This document shows, piece by piece, positions 29,240 through 39,100 of a stretch of DNA of 64,000 nucleotides. Every line of letters starts with the position of its first letter. The stretch's first letter is position 1. The notes below the pieces were generated by a model. The model had not been told where the DNA came from, did no database searches, and saw only the letters and a program-made list of their open reading frames with translations. Both the position numbers and the translations under genes were made by a program. Origin of the DNA: Syntrophales bacterium (GTDB lineage Bacteria > Desulfobacterota > Syntrophia > Syntrophales > UBA2210); NCBI GenBank assembly GCA_963666365.2, contig CAXXNF010000001.1:704001-768000 (forward strand). Direction: 5' to 3'.

Positions 29240-30850
29240 ATGATATTGACGGAAGCACAAGAGATTATCGACCGAAAAGATGCTGCCTGGATTCTGGAAT
29301 TTGCCGCCCAAAAGGATGCCCAGATCGAAGCGCTTACCCAGAAGCTCGAATCCGCCCAGCGCCAGTTGACCACCCTGCAGCATCAGATGGAACAGCTGCT
29401 GAAACGGCTCTACGGCCGCAAGTCCGAAAAGATCAACCCCGGTCAGCTGATGTTCGACGACATGGTGCTTCAATCATTAGAGCAGAATGCGGCGGTGAAA
29501 GCACAGTTCGAAGACGCTTCTGCCACAGAGACTGTCAAGAAGCCCCGCAAGGCCTCCCGGCATCACGGCCGGGTTCCCATTCCGGAGCATCTCGAACGGG
29601 TGGAGATTCTGCTGGACGTGCCCGAGGATGAAAAGATCGATGCGGACACGGGCGCACCCCTGAAGGTCATTTCCGTGGAAGTCTCGGAGAAGCTGGAATA
29701 CCGGCCGGGGAGACTGATCGTCAACGTCTACAAGCGGCCCCAGTATGCGCTGCCGGAGGCATCGGAATCTACCGCCGGCGTCATCGCCGCCTCGCTGCCC
29801 GATCACCCCATCGCCAAGTGCAAAGCCGACGTGGGGCTGCTTTCTCATCTGATCGTCAGCAAGTACGCCGATCATCTGCCTCTCTACCGACAGAACAGCA
29901 TTCTGGAGCGGGAAGGAGTGGACATTCCCCGGGCCACCCAAACCAGCTGGCTCATGCAGGTCTATGAGAGCATTCGTCCCTTGGAAACAGTGCTTCAAAA
30001 GGCCGTCCTTGAGAGGGACGTGCTCTTTACCGACGATACGCCCGTTCCTCTGCAGGTCAAGGGAAACGGCAAGGTAAAGAAGGCCCGTCTCTGGGTCTAT
30101 CTGCGGGGCGGTCCGGGACCGCCGCTGACGGCCTATGACTTCTCCATTGATCGGAGCAAGACGCGCCCACTGGAGTATCTCAATGATTACCAGGGGTACG
30201 TCCATGCCGACGCCTACGGCGGCTACGACGAACTTTTCAAAAAAGAAGAGATTATCGAAGTGGGTTGCTGGGCCCATACCAGACGGAAGTTCGACGAGGC
30301 GGTTTCATCGCGTCCTCAAGAGGCCACGGACATCCTTGCCCGCATCGCCCGGCTCTATCACGAGGTGGAGACCCCCTGTGCCGAGATGACGCCCGAGGAG
30401 CGGCGCCGTTTCCGGCAGGCGCATGCAACGCCGCTGCTTGAGGGAATCTTTGCAAAGATTGAGGAACTGAGGCCCCGGACGACGCCCTCGGAGCCGTTGC
30501 GGACGGCCATCAACTACGCCCTGAATCAGCGGGAGGCGCTCTGCCGCTATCTGAAAGACGGACGGTTAAGACCCGACAACAACCTGGCGGAAAACGCCAT
30601 TCGGCCCATAGCGGTAGGTCGAAAAAACTGGCTCTTCGTGGGCAGCGAACGGGGCGGCCGGGCGGCGGCCCTTTATATGGGTCTCGTTCAATCTTGCAAA
30701 AACTGCGACGTCAACCCCTGGGAGTACTTTGACGACATGCTTCGGCGGATCATGAGCCATCCCGTAAACCGCCTGCGGGAACTGCTTCCCGATCAGTGGA
30801 AGCCTGTGCCCAGGGATGAACGGGGCCTGATCATCCAGGGAAAACAATAA
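29240..30850 (+). CDS. tnpC: IS66 TnpC transposase
   Basis: KYADHLPLYRQ, CWAHTRRKF, DNNLAENAIRP, ELLP. Confidence 0.95.
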   Translation: MILTEAQEIIDRKDAAWILEFAAQKDAQIEALTQKLESAQRQLTTLQHQMEQLLKRLYGRKSEKINPGQLMFDDMVLQSLEQNAAVKAQFEDASATETVKKPRKASRHHGRVPIPEHLERVEILLDVPEDEKIDADTGAPLKVISVEVSEKLEYRPGRLIVNVYKRPQYALPEASESTAGVIAASLPDHPIAKCKADVGLLSHLIVSKYADHLPLYRQNSILEREGVDIPRATQTSWLMQVYESIRPLETVLQKAVLERDVLFTDDTPVPLQVKGNGKVKKARLWVYLRGGPGPPLTAYDFSIDRSKTRPLEYLNDYQGYVHADAYGGYDELFKKEEIIEVGCWAHTRRKFDEAVSSRPQEATDILARIARLYHEVETPCAEMTPEERRRFRQAHATPLLEGIFAKIEELRPRTTPSEPLRTAINYALNQREALCRYLKDGRLRPDNNLAENAIRPIAVGRKNWLFVGSERGGRAAALYMGLVQSCKNCDVNPWEYFDDMLRRIMSHPVNRLRELLPDQWKPVPRDERGLIIQGKQ

Positions 30851-31111
30851 TCAGTGCACCGTATTCCGGCGGTTGAATCCCGTAATCATATTATCAAAGA
30901 GCACCGGCTGTACCGGTTTTAGGTACAGCGTACTTCATGTAAAATTCTTTTGCTATATGAGTTGGTCGTACGCTTACGCTCTGCCTGTCCGCTGAGAGAA
31001 CAGTGTACGCGGGCAAAGGACGGACGATCGCTTAAACGACACGCACGGCACGTGTCAATGGTCTTTTAAAAATGAGCCATTTTCGGTCGTGAAAACTGAG
31101 CCACTCGCCTC

Positions 31112-31882
31112 TTAACCATGGTCCATTTTTTCCTCCCCTTGCTCAGTGTTTTTCCGAAGTCTGTAACTGTTGCCCCGGATATTTATTATAATGCTGTGAT
31201 GGAGCAGGCGATCCAGAAACGCCGTGACGATGACCGGATCGTGAAACAGCTCGGTCCAGTCGGAAAAGGCCTTGTTGGACGTGATCACAGTGCTGGCCTT
31301 CTCATAGCGGTTGGCAATGAATCTGAAAAAAAGGTTGCATTCCTCTCTGTCGATTGGTGTATAGCCGACCTCGTCAACGATCACCAGTGCCGATTTGTAA
31401 TAGCTTCTTCCTCTGCCTTTGCGTCCTGCCTCGTGATCTTTTTTCAGTTTCCCGATTAGATCCTCCATCGTCGTAAAGTAAATGCTCATGCCCGCCTGAC
31501 AGGCCTTCAATGCGAGAGAGACGGCCAGGTGGGTCTTGCCCACGCCCGGAGGCCCCAAAAAGATGACATTCCCTTTCTCACGGATAAAGGTCAGATCGAA
31601 AAGCGACATGACTTTCTGACGATCCAGCTTGGGTTGAAAGGTAAAGTCGAATTCATCAATGCTCTTGATAAAGGGGAGCCCCGATATCTTCAGCGCCGTT
31701 TCCACCCGTCGCTGTTCCTTGCAGGCGATTTCCTCTTCCAGCAGTTCGTCGAGAAAGGAAAGATAGCTTGCGCTTTTTTCCTCGGCCGTTTTGGTCGCCT
31801 GTACAAGTATGGCGCCCATTCGGGAGAGCCGAAGCCGCGTGAGACTGGACTGTATGCGATCGACAAGCAATGTCTCGTTCAT
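31112..31882 (-). CDS. istB: IS21 helper ATPase IstB
   Basis: GPPGVGKTHLA, IVDEVGY, TSNK, LDRLLHH, GNSYR. Confidence 0.95.
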   Translation of the reverse strand: MNETLLVDRIQSSLTRLRLSRMGAILVQATKTAEEKSASYLSFLDELLEEEIACKEQRRVETALKISGLPFIKSIDEFDFTFQPKLDRQKVMSLFDLTFIREKGNVIFLGPPGVGKTHLAVSLALKACQAGMSIYFTTMEDLIGKLKKDHEAGRKGRGRSYYKSALVIVDEVGYTPIDREECNLFFRFIANRYEKASTVITSNKAFSDWTELFHDPVIVTAFLDRLLHHSIIINIRGNSYRLRKNTEQGEEKMDHG

Positions 31883-33138
31883 AGGCCCATCTCCCCGACG
31901 AGCGAGTCATACAGCGCTGTGGGACGGATTTCAACGTCCATGGTGGCATAGGACGACTTCAAGGGACTGATGGTGCATTTGGCGCGTCCCTTACCGTGTC
32001 TGCCCCGGCCATATTTGCGCTTGTTCATCTCCCGGTCTTTTCTGAGCGCCTCGTAGAAGCGGGGATCTTGGACCAAGTTCCCCTTGCCTTCCGGAATGTC
32101 GTACGTCGCCAACAGGCAATCGTCGTGGAATATCCGCATGCATCTGTCCTTGACCCGTAAAATCAGATGCTTCCCCACCACGGTATGGGGCACTACATAA
32201 CTGTTGCCTTCGAAACGGACCAGGCAGTCCTTGCTGACCTTGCGGTACACGCGGTACGACGTATCGAAAGGGCGGGAAGGCAACGCCTGTAAATGAGGAA
32301 GTTCGCGGGCGAAACGGCACGCTACGACTTCATGGGTGGTGCCGTGCACACGCTCGTCTTTCATTGCAATCCATTGCTGAAGATCTCGATTGGCCGTTGT
32401 GAGACACACATATCCGTACCCCCTCCAGAACCCTTCACGGATGAAATGGTAGGGCCGCTCGACTTTTCCCTTCACCCAGGCGGCATAGGCGGGGGCAACC
32501 GCCGGTTTGAACCCATTATGCAGCGCAAAGGCCATCAGCGTGTCGTTGAATCGATCTTTGCCGGCCAGTTTCCCGATGAACACGTTTCTCATGCGATCGT
32601 AAAGTATCTCCGCCGGGATGCCCCCGAAATGTTCGAAGGCGCGAATATGACAATCGAGAAAGGTGGGCAGGTCGCATCGCTCAATGAATTCGCCATACAG
32701 TTTTCTGGAGTATCCCAGAATCATTGAAAACAGATAGAGCTTCTTGACGCTCCCGTCGGCATTGGCAACCTGGAATTCACCAAAATCCACCTGCGCCTGA
32801 AAGCCCGGCTCCGTCTCAAACCGCATATAGGCCACGCGCTGTTGTTCCGCTTTGAGCTGATGCACCTGCCTTTTCACGATTTCATAACTTCCGGTAAATC
32901 CCATTGCACGGAGCCGATCATAGAGCAGGGTGGCCCTGTACTCGCCGTCTTCCTCCAACCATGCCGCAATATTGTCCCTATAGGGATCTACGAGACTCTT
33001 GCGCTTCGCCTTCTCTCTCGTAACTCCCTGATCCCCTTGATTCTCTATATACTTCTTCACCGTGTTCCTGCTGATCCCCAGCTTCCGTGAAATGTGCCTC
33101 TGGCTCAGTCCTCTTCTCTGTAATAACAATATGTCCAA
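31879..33138 (-). CDS. istA: IS21 transposase IstA
   Basis: N-terminal HTH, RFETEPGFQAQVDFG, KGKVER. Confidence 0.93.
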   Translation of the reverse strand: MDILLLQRRGLSQRHISRKLGISRNTVKKYIENQGDQGVTREKAKRKSLVDPYRDNIAAWLEEDGEYRATLLYDRLRAMGFTGSYEIVKRQVHQLKAEQQRVAYMRFETEPGFQAQVDFGEFQVANADGSVKKLYLFSMILGYSRKLYGEFIERCDLPTFLDCHIRAFEHFGGIPAEILYDRMRNVFIGKLAGKDRFNDTLMAFALHNGFKPAVAPAYAAWVKGKVERPYHFIREGFWRGYGYVCLTTANRDLQQWIAMKDERVHGTTHEVVACRFARELPHLQALPSRPFDTSYRVYRKVSKDCLVRFEGNSYVVPHTVVGKHLILRVKDRCMRIFHDDCLLATYDIPEGKGNLVQDPRFYEALRKDREMNKRKYGRGRHGKGRAKCTISPLKSSYATMDVEIRPTALYDSLVGEMGL

Positions 33139-33666
33139 AACGGTCTCCTTTTTTTCAAATCAGCCACCTCGATTACTCTGAGATAAATAACCATACTTTA
33201 CTCATTCATCTCATTAACTCCACCTCTAAGTGGCTCACTTTTAAACGACCATTTTTGGCTCAGTTTATCACGACCATGAACAGCACGATGATCTCGAAGC
33301 AGCGCTGAGAGAAGCGGGAAGCAAAAAAGCGCGGAAGGATGTGAAGCGCCGTCAGGATTTATCCGAGAGGTCGTTTGCCTGGTCAACGAGATATGGGTAT
33401 AAGAGAGCGAGATGGCGAAATTTGTGGCGTATGGAGATTCAAGACTTTCTTATTGCCGCCGTCCAGAATATTGCTATCCTGATGCGGCAGTCCACGGGAA
33501 AGATGTCAAAGAGCAATGTTCGGACAGGAGAAATGCATCGGGACGATGCAAAATATTTACAAATAGTTGTTATTATTAATATATTTAAAGTCTTTTTCGG
33601 TATCGGTCATGTTTCGCCGAGCCCTGATTGACGGACGTGCAACAATTTCTCCTGGACTCTTCTATA

Positions 33667-35378
33667 CCTAAAATCCCGTTCAAAATATAACTATGCCGGT
33701 GGGCTGACCTCAAAACTTTCCATGATCAACCGTTGAGGTTTTGTTATTTCTGTAAGCATATGACCGTACTTGCCGGAAAAGCGGATCTGGGTAAGGGTTT
33801 CCATCTCCATAAGCAACTCCCGCACGGTGAGCGTTTCCGTCAGTTTCGTTTCCCTCATTTTCTTGCGCAGGGCACTCATGAGAATGAGCGCGATAAACTG
33901 AACGAAGAGCCGACCGTCCATGGCCGGGGAGCTATGAATGCGAAGACGTTTCATGTCCAGGTGGTTTTTCAGGTCATCAAAACATTTTTCTACGGCATCC
34001 TTGTTACGATACACCATAAGCGCCTGAATGGGATCCTTGATATCGTTGGTCAGCAGCGCATAAAACCCGGCATACCGGTTGCGGTGGTTCTCGATGGCTT
34101 CATGGTTGAAAAGCACGCGTCGGCCGCGCACCGGGGTCTCCTTGACGTTGAAAAATGTGGCGTAGGCTTCTTCATGGCCGCTGATGACCAGTCCTTTCTC
34201 CAGCTCTTCCTTGTAGTCCAAGAGTTCTTCGGTGAACCCGTCGGCGTCCGACGCCGCGGCATGGGCGTTGTAGTAGATGTGAAGATAGCAGCGTGTGCGC
34301 TCTTCTCCCCAGGGATAACGCCTGGTGTGCACATAGAGCGTCTCGCCGTCGATCTTGCGGTACCCCTCGGGATTTTGAATGTGCTGGCGGGCCTCGTCAA
34401 TCGCATTGCGGACCCAGGTGGGACGGCCGGGAACGGCCAGGATGAACTTGTCTTTGGCATCAAGCAGGTCGTCAACATTCTTTTTGCTGTAGAACCCCCG
34501 GTCCAGGACAAGATGCAGTTTCGGCGCTTCGAGATATCCGAAGATCTCCAGAAAGTAATGCAGGGTGGCTACGTCGCTTACGTTGCCGGGCAATCGATTG
34601 AAATAGAGGGGCACCTGGCTTTTCTGACCGAAGAGCAGGGCCAGATTGATCTGTTTCAGCTTCTCGCCGTCCCGGTTGTAGCCATATTTGAGATACTCGT
34701 TGAGGGTCCCATAGGAGGAAACGGAGGTAATATCGTAGCAGAGGTAGTCGTGCTCTGCCATCTTCCGGCCCCATTCCTTGAAGAAGGTCTTCTGCCCGTC
34801 AGCGCTCAGGCTTTTCAGAATGTCACTGATGCGCTGGCTGCTGAGGGATCTTCCGTAGGGATGATCATGGTTCTTGCTCCAGGCTTCACAGTAACTCAAG
34901 GGGCCTCCCCGCACGGCGATGTAGTAGGCCATGCACAAAATCTGCCGCCAGGTCTCGGGGAAGGCCTTCCTGAGCACCCTGTCCAGCGCCAGCTCGTCCA
35001 CCACGCGGTCAAGGATCACCGCTGGTCCCACCACCTTCGTGTCGGCTGTGACGGCGGGATCACGGACCGCAGCTTGCTCGGGAGTCAGCCGCTTCGAGGG
35101 AATGAACTCCCCCGTGTCTGGATCGAGCTTACCGATGCATACCTGTCTGTTGCGGGGTTGTTTCTTTTCCTTGTCCCATGCGGACGTGGCTTCATAAACG
35201 TAAGTGACACCAGTGTTCTTGTTCTTGTGGTAGGCACGATATCCCATGGAACACCTCCCTGATACGTAGTTACAAATATAACTACAATTCGGGGGTATTT
35301 GCAAGGAAAAAATTGCCTTAGGCTCCATTTTTATTGAATTTATTTGCTCCATAGTTATAATCTGGACGGGATTTTAGG
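33667..35378 (-). mobile_element. IS1634-like element
   Basis: IRs CCTAAAATCCCGT..ATAACTAT and ATAGTTAT..ACGGGATTTTAGG; TTCTATA duplicated on both flanks. Confidence 0.85.
33691..35247 (-). CDS. IS1634-like DDE transposase
   Basis: YDITSVSSY, GYNRD, GNVSD, DRGFYS, YRNKDAVEKCFDDLK; SD GGAGG before ATG 35247. Confidence 0.9.
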   Translation of the reverse strand: MGYRAYHKNKNTGVTYVYEATSAWDKEKKQPRNRQVCIGKLDPDTGEFIPSKRLTPEQAAVRDPAVTADTKVVGPAVILDRVVDELALDRVLRKAFPETWRQILCMAYYIAVRGGPLSYCEAWSKNHDHPYGRSLSSQRISDILKSLSADGQKTFFKEWGRKMAEHDYLCYDITSVSSYGTLNEYLKYGYNRDGEKLKQINLALLFGQKSQVPLYFNRLPGNVSDVATLHYFLEIFGYLEAPKLHLVLDRGFYSKKNVDDLLDAKDKFILAVPGRPTWVRNAIDEARQHIQNPEGYRKIDGETLYVHTRRYPWGEERTRCYLHIYYNAHAAASDADGFTEELLDYKEELEKGLVISGHEEAYATFFNVKETPVRGRRVLFNHEAIENHRNRYAGFYALLTNDIKDPIQALMVYRNKDAVEKCFDDLKNHLDMKRLRIHSSPAMDGRLFVQFIALILMSALRKKMRETKLTETLTVRELLMEMETLTQIRFSGKYGHMLTEITKPQRLIMESFEVSPPA

Positions 35379-35459
35379 TTCTATAGGGATATGGGAGTGT
35401 CTGTATTTTTAAAAAAATCATTTGGGCAACAGGCCGTCAACGACTGACCCCATTTTCCC

Positions 35460-36173
35460 CTATTCTTTTTTGTTGTCCGACCTCGTTTTTTCTTTAGCAG
35501 TTATTCCGTTTTTAATCCTGCCTTTACGCGTAAATACTTGATTTAATAATTCCTGTACTCTTTTACGATCTTCATTATTATATTCTATTTTTATTCCATC
35601 AGCCGCTATAACAGCAGTTAATTCATTACTAATAAATCTATACGGTATATTTTCTTTATTCATTAACTCTAAAAAATAATCTTTATCATCAGATAATTGG
35701 AAACTTATTGAAGGATTTTCATTTTTAAAACCAATCTTTTTATTAACTTGGCTAATAATTTCTTGCACTTTATCATCGTACTTATATTCCCACGTAACGT
35801 AATCATGCCCCTGTGCATCTAATTTCTTAATTTTATAGGGTATATTAGCATTGTCAAGAAGTCGTAAAAACAATGCCTGGTGCTCTGGGATATAGTAGGA
35901 AGTATTTGGTAGTTTTTGAGAATGCAACTGCTCTACCTTTTTAATAATTCTAAATACCTCTACTTCATCCTTATACTTATAAAACAAATATCCATCCTCA
36001 CTTACTCGATGGGCAATATTACTATTTGAAAGTTCCTCAATAATATCCTTCTGAATCTCATTTGGGCTGTATTTCACTGCCCTATTCAATTGCTCATCTG
36101 AAGTATTGAAGTAAATTATTAATACTAAAACCATGCAGATGAAAGTAAGAACAATAATTACTTTCCTTTTCAT
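35460..36173 (-). CDS. Membrane-anchored AT-rich protein, putative immunity protein of the upstream RHS
   Basis: Starts immediately after the RHS stop; N-terminal TM helix; three internal repeats L..xNI(P/A)(Y/H)(R/K). Confidence 0.75.
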   Translation of the reverse strand: MKRKVIIVLTFICMVLVLIIYFNTSDEQLNRAVKYSPNEIQKDIIEELSNSNIAHRVSEDGYLFYKYKDEVEVFRIIKKVEQLHSQKLPNTSYYIPEHQALFLRLLDNANIPYKIKKLDAQGHDYVTWEYKYDDKVQEIISQVNKKIGFKNENPSISFQLSDDKDYFLELMNKENIPYRFISNELTAVIAADGIKIEYNNEDRKRVQELLNQVFTRKGRIKNGITAKEKTRSDNKKE

Positions 36174-39100
36174 TTAATTATAATCCCTTCTATCTTGATA
36201 AATAGCAGGCAGTGGAAATTGGATTAGGTGCCTTACTGTTGAATCTAATTCATTTAGAGGAACTGTAAGTTGGTAATCTTCTATCGGTCCATACCAAACG
36301 AATTGATCTCTATGATACGGATTTTGATTCACATTCACTGACCAGTACTCAGTTCCTATCCTTATGTCACTTTTTATCCTCAGTCGTTGAAGTGTTCCCA
36401 AATCGTATTTGTAATAAGAATCATACACAGCAAATTGAGGATCGATATATATTGCTCTTTCAATGCTACCAGGTAATGCTACTGTTCTCTTGCCTGGCAA
36501 GCATAGAATATCTAAAATATTTTTCACAAATGCTAGTACTCCATCTGGCTCAAAATTGACACGGATACGGTACACTCCCGTCTCTAAATTTTCAGCATGA
36601 GGCCCATCATAAATAACATTATCATTTTTAATAATCTCGATGTGTTTATCAATTTGCAATTTATCAATTTGTAAGTTTAACCCACTATCAAAAACCATCG
36701 TATCATCTTGTTTTTCTTGATACTCATCATTCCAATATAAGGACTGATATTCGTTTACCGCCGTCAACCCCGCCGGATCCAGGTACCTCAACGGATTATT
36801 CCTCACGTAGGCATAAAGGTTCAACCCGTCCATGTAGCCTGCCGGGTCGCGCTGCATAAAGCGGCCCAGTTTTGCCGAGTACATGCGGTTCCGGTAGTAC
36901 CAGAGTCCTGATTCGCCATCCCAACGCCTGCCTGTGTAGCCGTAGGGATTATCGACTGTACTTTCACTGATCGTCACTCCCTGGCCATCAAGGATCGTCA
37001 TCAGGCCGAAGGCGGTATATTTGTAAGTCTCGACGCTGTTCCCGTTCTCATCAATCAGGGCCGTCACGCTGTACTGCCGGTCTTTAAGGTAGTAGTAACG
37101 GTTCCCTGCATTGTCTTCCATCATGATCGGGTCGTCGATGTAGATGCCATAAACAAAGGACCGCTGGAATTGGCCATCCTCGTATTCCTCGATCACCTGG
37201 CCGCCGTTGTAAATGTAGGCGGTCGTTTGACCCGCATATGATTTAGTTACGCGCCGGTTCAGGGCATCGTACCTGTATGTCGCAATGGCGATGCCATCCG
37301 AGGTTTTGACCGCAACCAGCCGATTTGCCCAGTCGTACTCGTAGGTCTTAGCGCCATCTGAAGTCATGTTGCCCCTTGCGTCATAGCCCGGGGTCATGCC
37401 CGTAACATTTGAATATTCGTTCACCTCGTTCGGAACCCGCTCTTCCGGACTGCCGTTCTGATTCGTATAGGTCCAGTTTCCCACGGGATCATGCTGCCAT
37501 TGCACGGTATCTGCAGTTCCTTTCTGTTCAAATGTCAGACGGTTCAGATCGTCGTAGCCGTATTGTTTTTCGTATTGTTCCGTCGCAAGGGTGGGCGTCG
37601 TGGAGATCGCCCGTTCAATAGCTTCTGAAAATATGTTGCCCATGCCGTCATAGACTGTTTCCATACTGTAAAGGGTAGTGTTGTTAATGTCCGCATAGAT
37701 CCGATTCCCTTCCATGCCCCGGTCATTATAGGAAAGACTCTCTTCTATCCCGTTGCCCAATGTCATGGCGGCAACGCGGCCGTTCAGGTTGTAGGCAAAG
37801 CCAGCGATATTGTTTTGGGATTGGTCCTTGATCGAATCGGGAAGGTTGAGGCCGTTGTATGTGCGGTGAACCACAAATCCTCCCGCATGGGGGTATGCAA
37901 GGTCTTCCAGGTTCCCGTTTGCATCATAAAATTTTTCAATCCGTTTCCCGTCCTGCACCTCGGCCGTCACTTGATTGAATGCATTATACTCAAATTCCAC
38001 TGAGTGAGTTCCATTGCCTTGATTATAATCCTCTGCCAGGGTCATTCTGGAAAGCGAGTCATACTCAAAATGCCGGGCTTCCTGATTATTCACATATACA
38101 TCCGCAAGACGATTCATACCGTCATACGATTTGGCGACGGCGCTCCCGTCGGGACGGGTTTCCTGAACCATGTTGCCTGCCTCGTCATAATCATAGGTTG
38201 TCACATCGCCTGCCGCATCTTCCACGCCCACGGGACGGTTCATGGCGTCGCAATAGGTGCGTGTCTCTTTACCGCGGGGATCGATCACTGATATCAAATT
38301 ACCGTTCGCATCGTAGCGCCATGCCGTTGTGTGTTCCAATGCATCGACGGTCCTGATACGGCGCTTGGCGCCGTCGTAAAAATGTTTTGTCACTCCACCC
38401 TCTTGATCCGTCTCCATAACCAGGTTGCCAACCAAATCGTATGCGTAATTAATGCAATTGCCCGCGGGATCACATTCGGCAGTCTTTCGGCCTAGTGCAT
38501 CGTATTCGAATAGCCACTCTCGCCCTTCGGCGTCTTTTCGCTTTTTTAGCAGATTGCGTGAATCATATTCGAAGGACTCCTCTGCTATTTTTGTATCATC
38601 ACTCTCGTATACTTCGATTTTCGTCTTATTTCCGTTTTTGTCATAATGATAATAAATATAATTTTGTTTGGGTTTGATTATTTTTTTAAGCCTGCCTAAC
38701 GGATCATACTGGTATTGATAGGTCCGAGCGCCGGTGACGCCATAGTCGAGAGTCTTGGCAACAGGACGGTTCAGGGTATCATATTCATAGTGCGTTACGA
38801 TAGGAATGTCGCCGCTCCCATCCTTCAAGGTTCGTATTTCATCGGTCAGGTTGCCGTTGGCATCGTAGAGATAGCTGGTGGTGGCGCCTTCCGCATCCGT
38901 AATGCTTGTCTTCCGGTTGGCCGCATCATAGGTGCAAATCGTCGTATTGCCCCTTTTATCTTCTTTCGCCACGAGGTTTCCGTTCCCGTCACAACTATAG
39001 AAGATGGAGTTCTGGTAAGGATCCATCTCCTCGATGAGCCGGTTCATCCCGTCATAGAAGTATCGGAATACGTTGCCGTTTTTATCTGTTTTTCTGATCA

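Larger units (their letters stand above)
28457..30977 (+). mobile_element. IS66-family element
   Basis: IRs GTAACCGTACGACCAACTCAT and ATGAGTTGGTCGTACGCTTAC; 8-bp TSD GCTCTGCC; three-gene layout. Confidence 0.95.
31053..33282 (-). mobile_element. IS21-family element
   Basis: TG...CA ends, long imperfect IRs with internal TGAGCCA repeats, 5-bp TSD GCACG. Confidence 0.93.
27410..33631 (+). pseudogene. IS1182 transposase split into three pieces (27410-28456, 30986-31052, 33288-33631)
   Basis: After removing IS66 and IS21 the frame is continuous: ...SAICSA|CPLREQCTRAKDGRSLKRHARH|DDLEAA...ERSFAWSTRYGYKRARW. Confidence 0.85.
27240..35435 (+). mobile_element. IS1182-family element containing three other IS insertions
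   Basis: Terminal IRs GGCCTGTTGCCCAAAT (27240) and ATTTGGGCAACAGGCC (35420-35435); flanking duplication GTCAAC (or TCAA if the IR is 17 bp). Confidence 0.85.

Noticed and set aside
33733..35262. 509-aa plus-strand ORF
   Set aside because: Antisense to the IS1634-like transposase.
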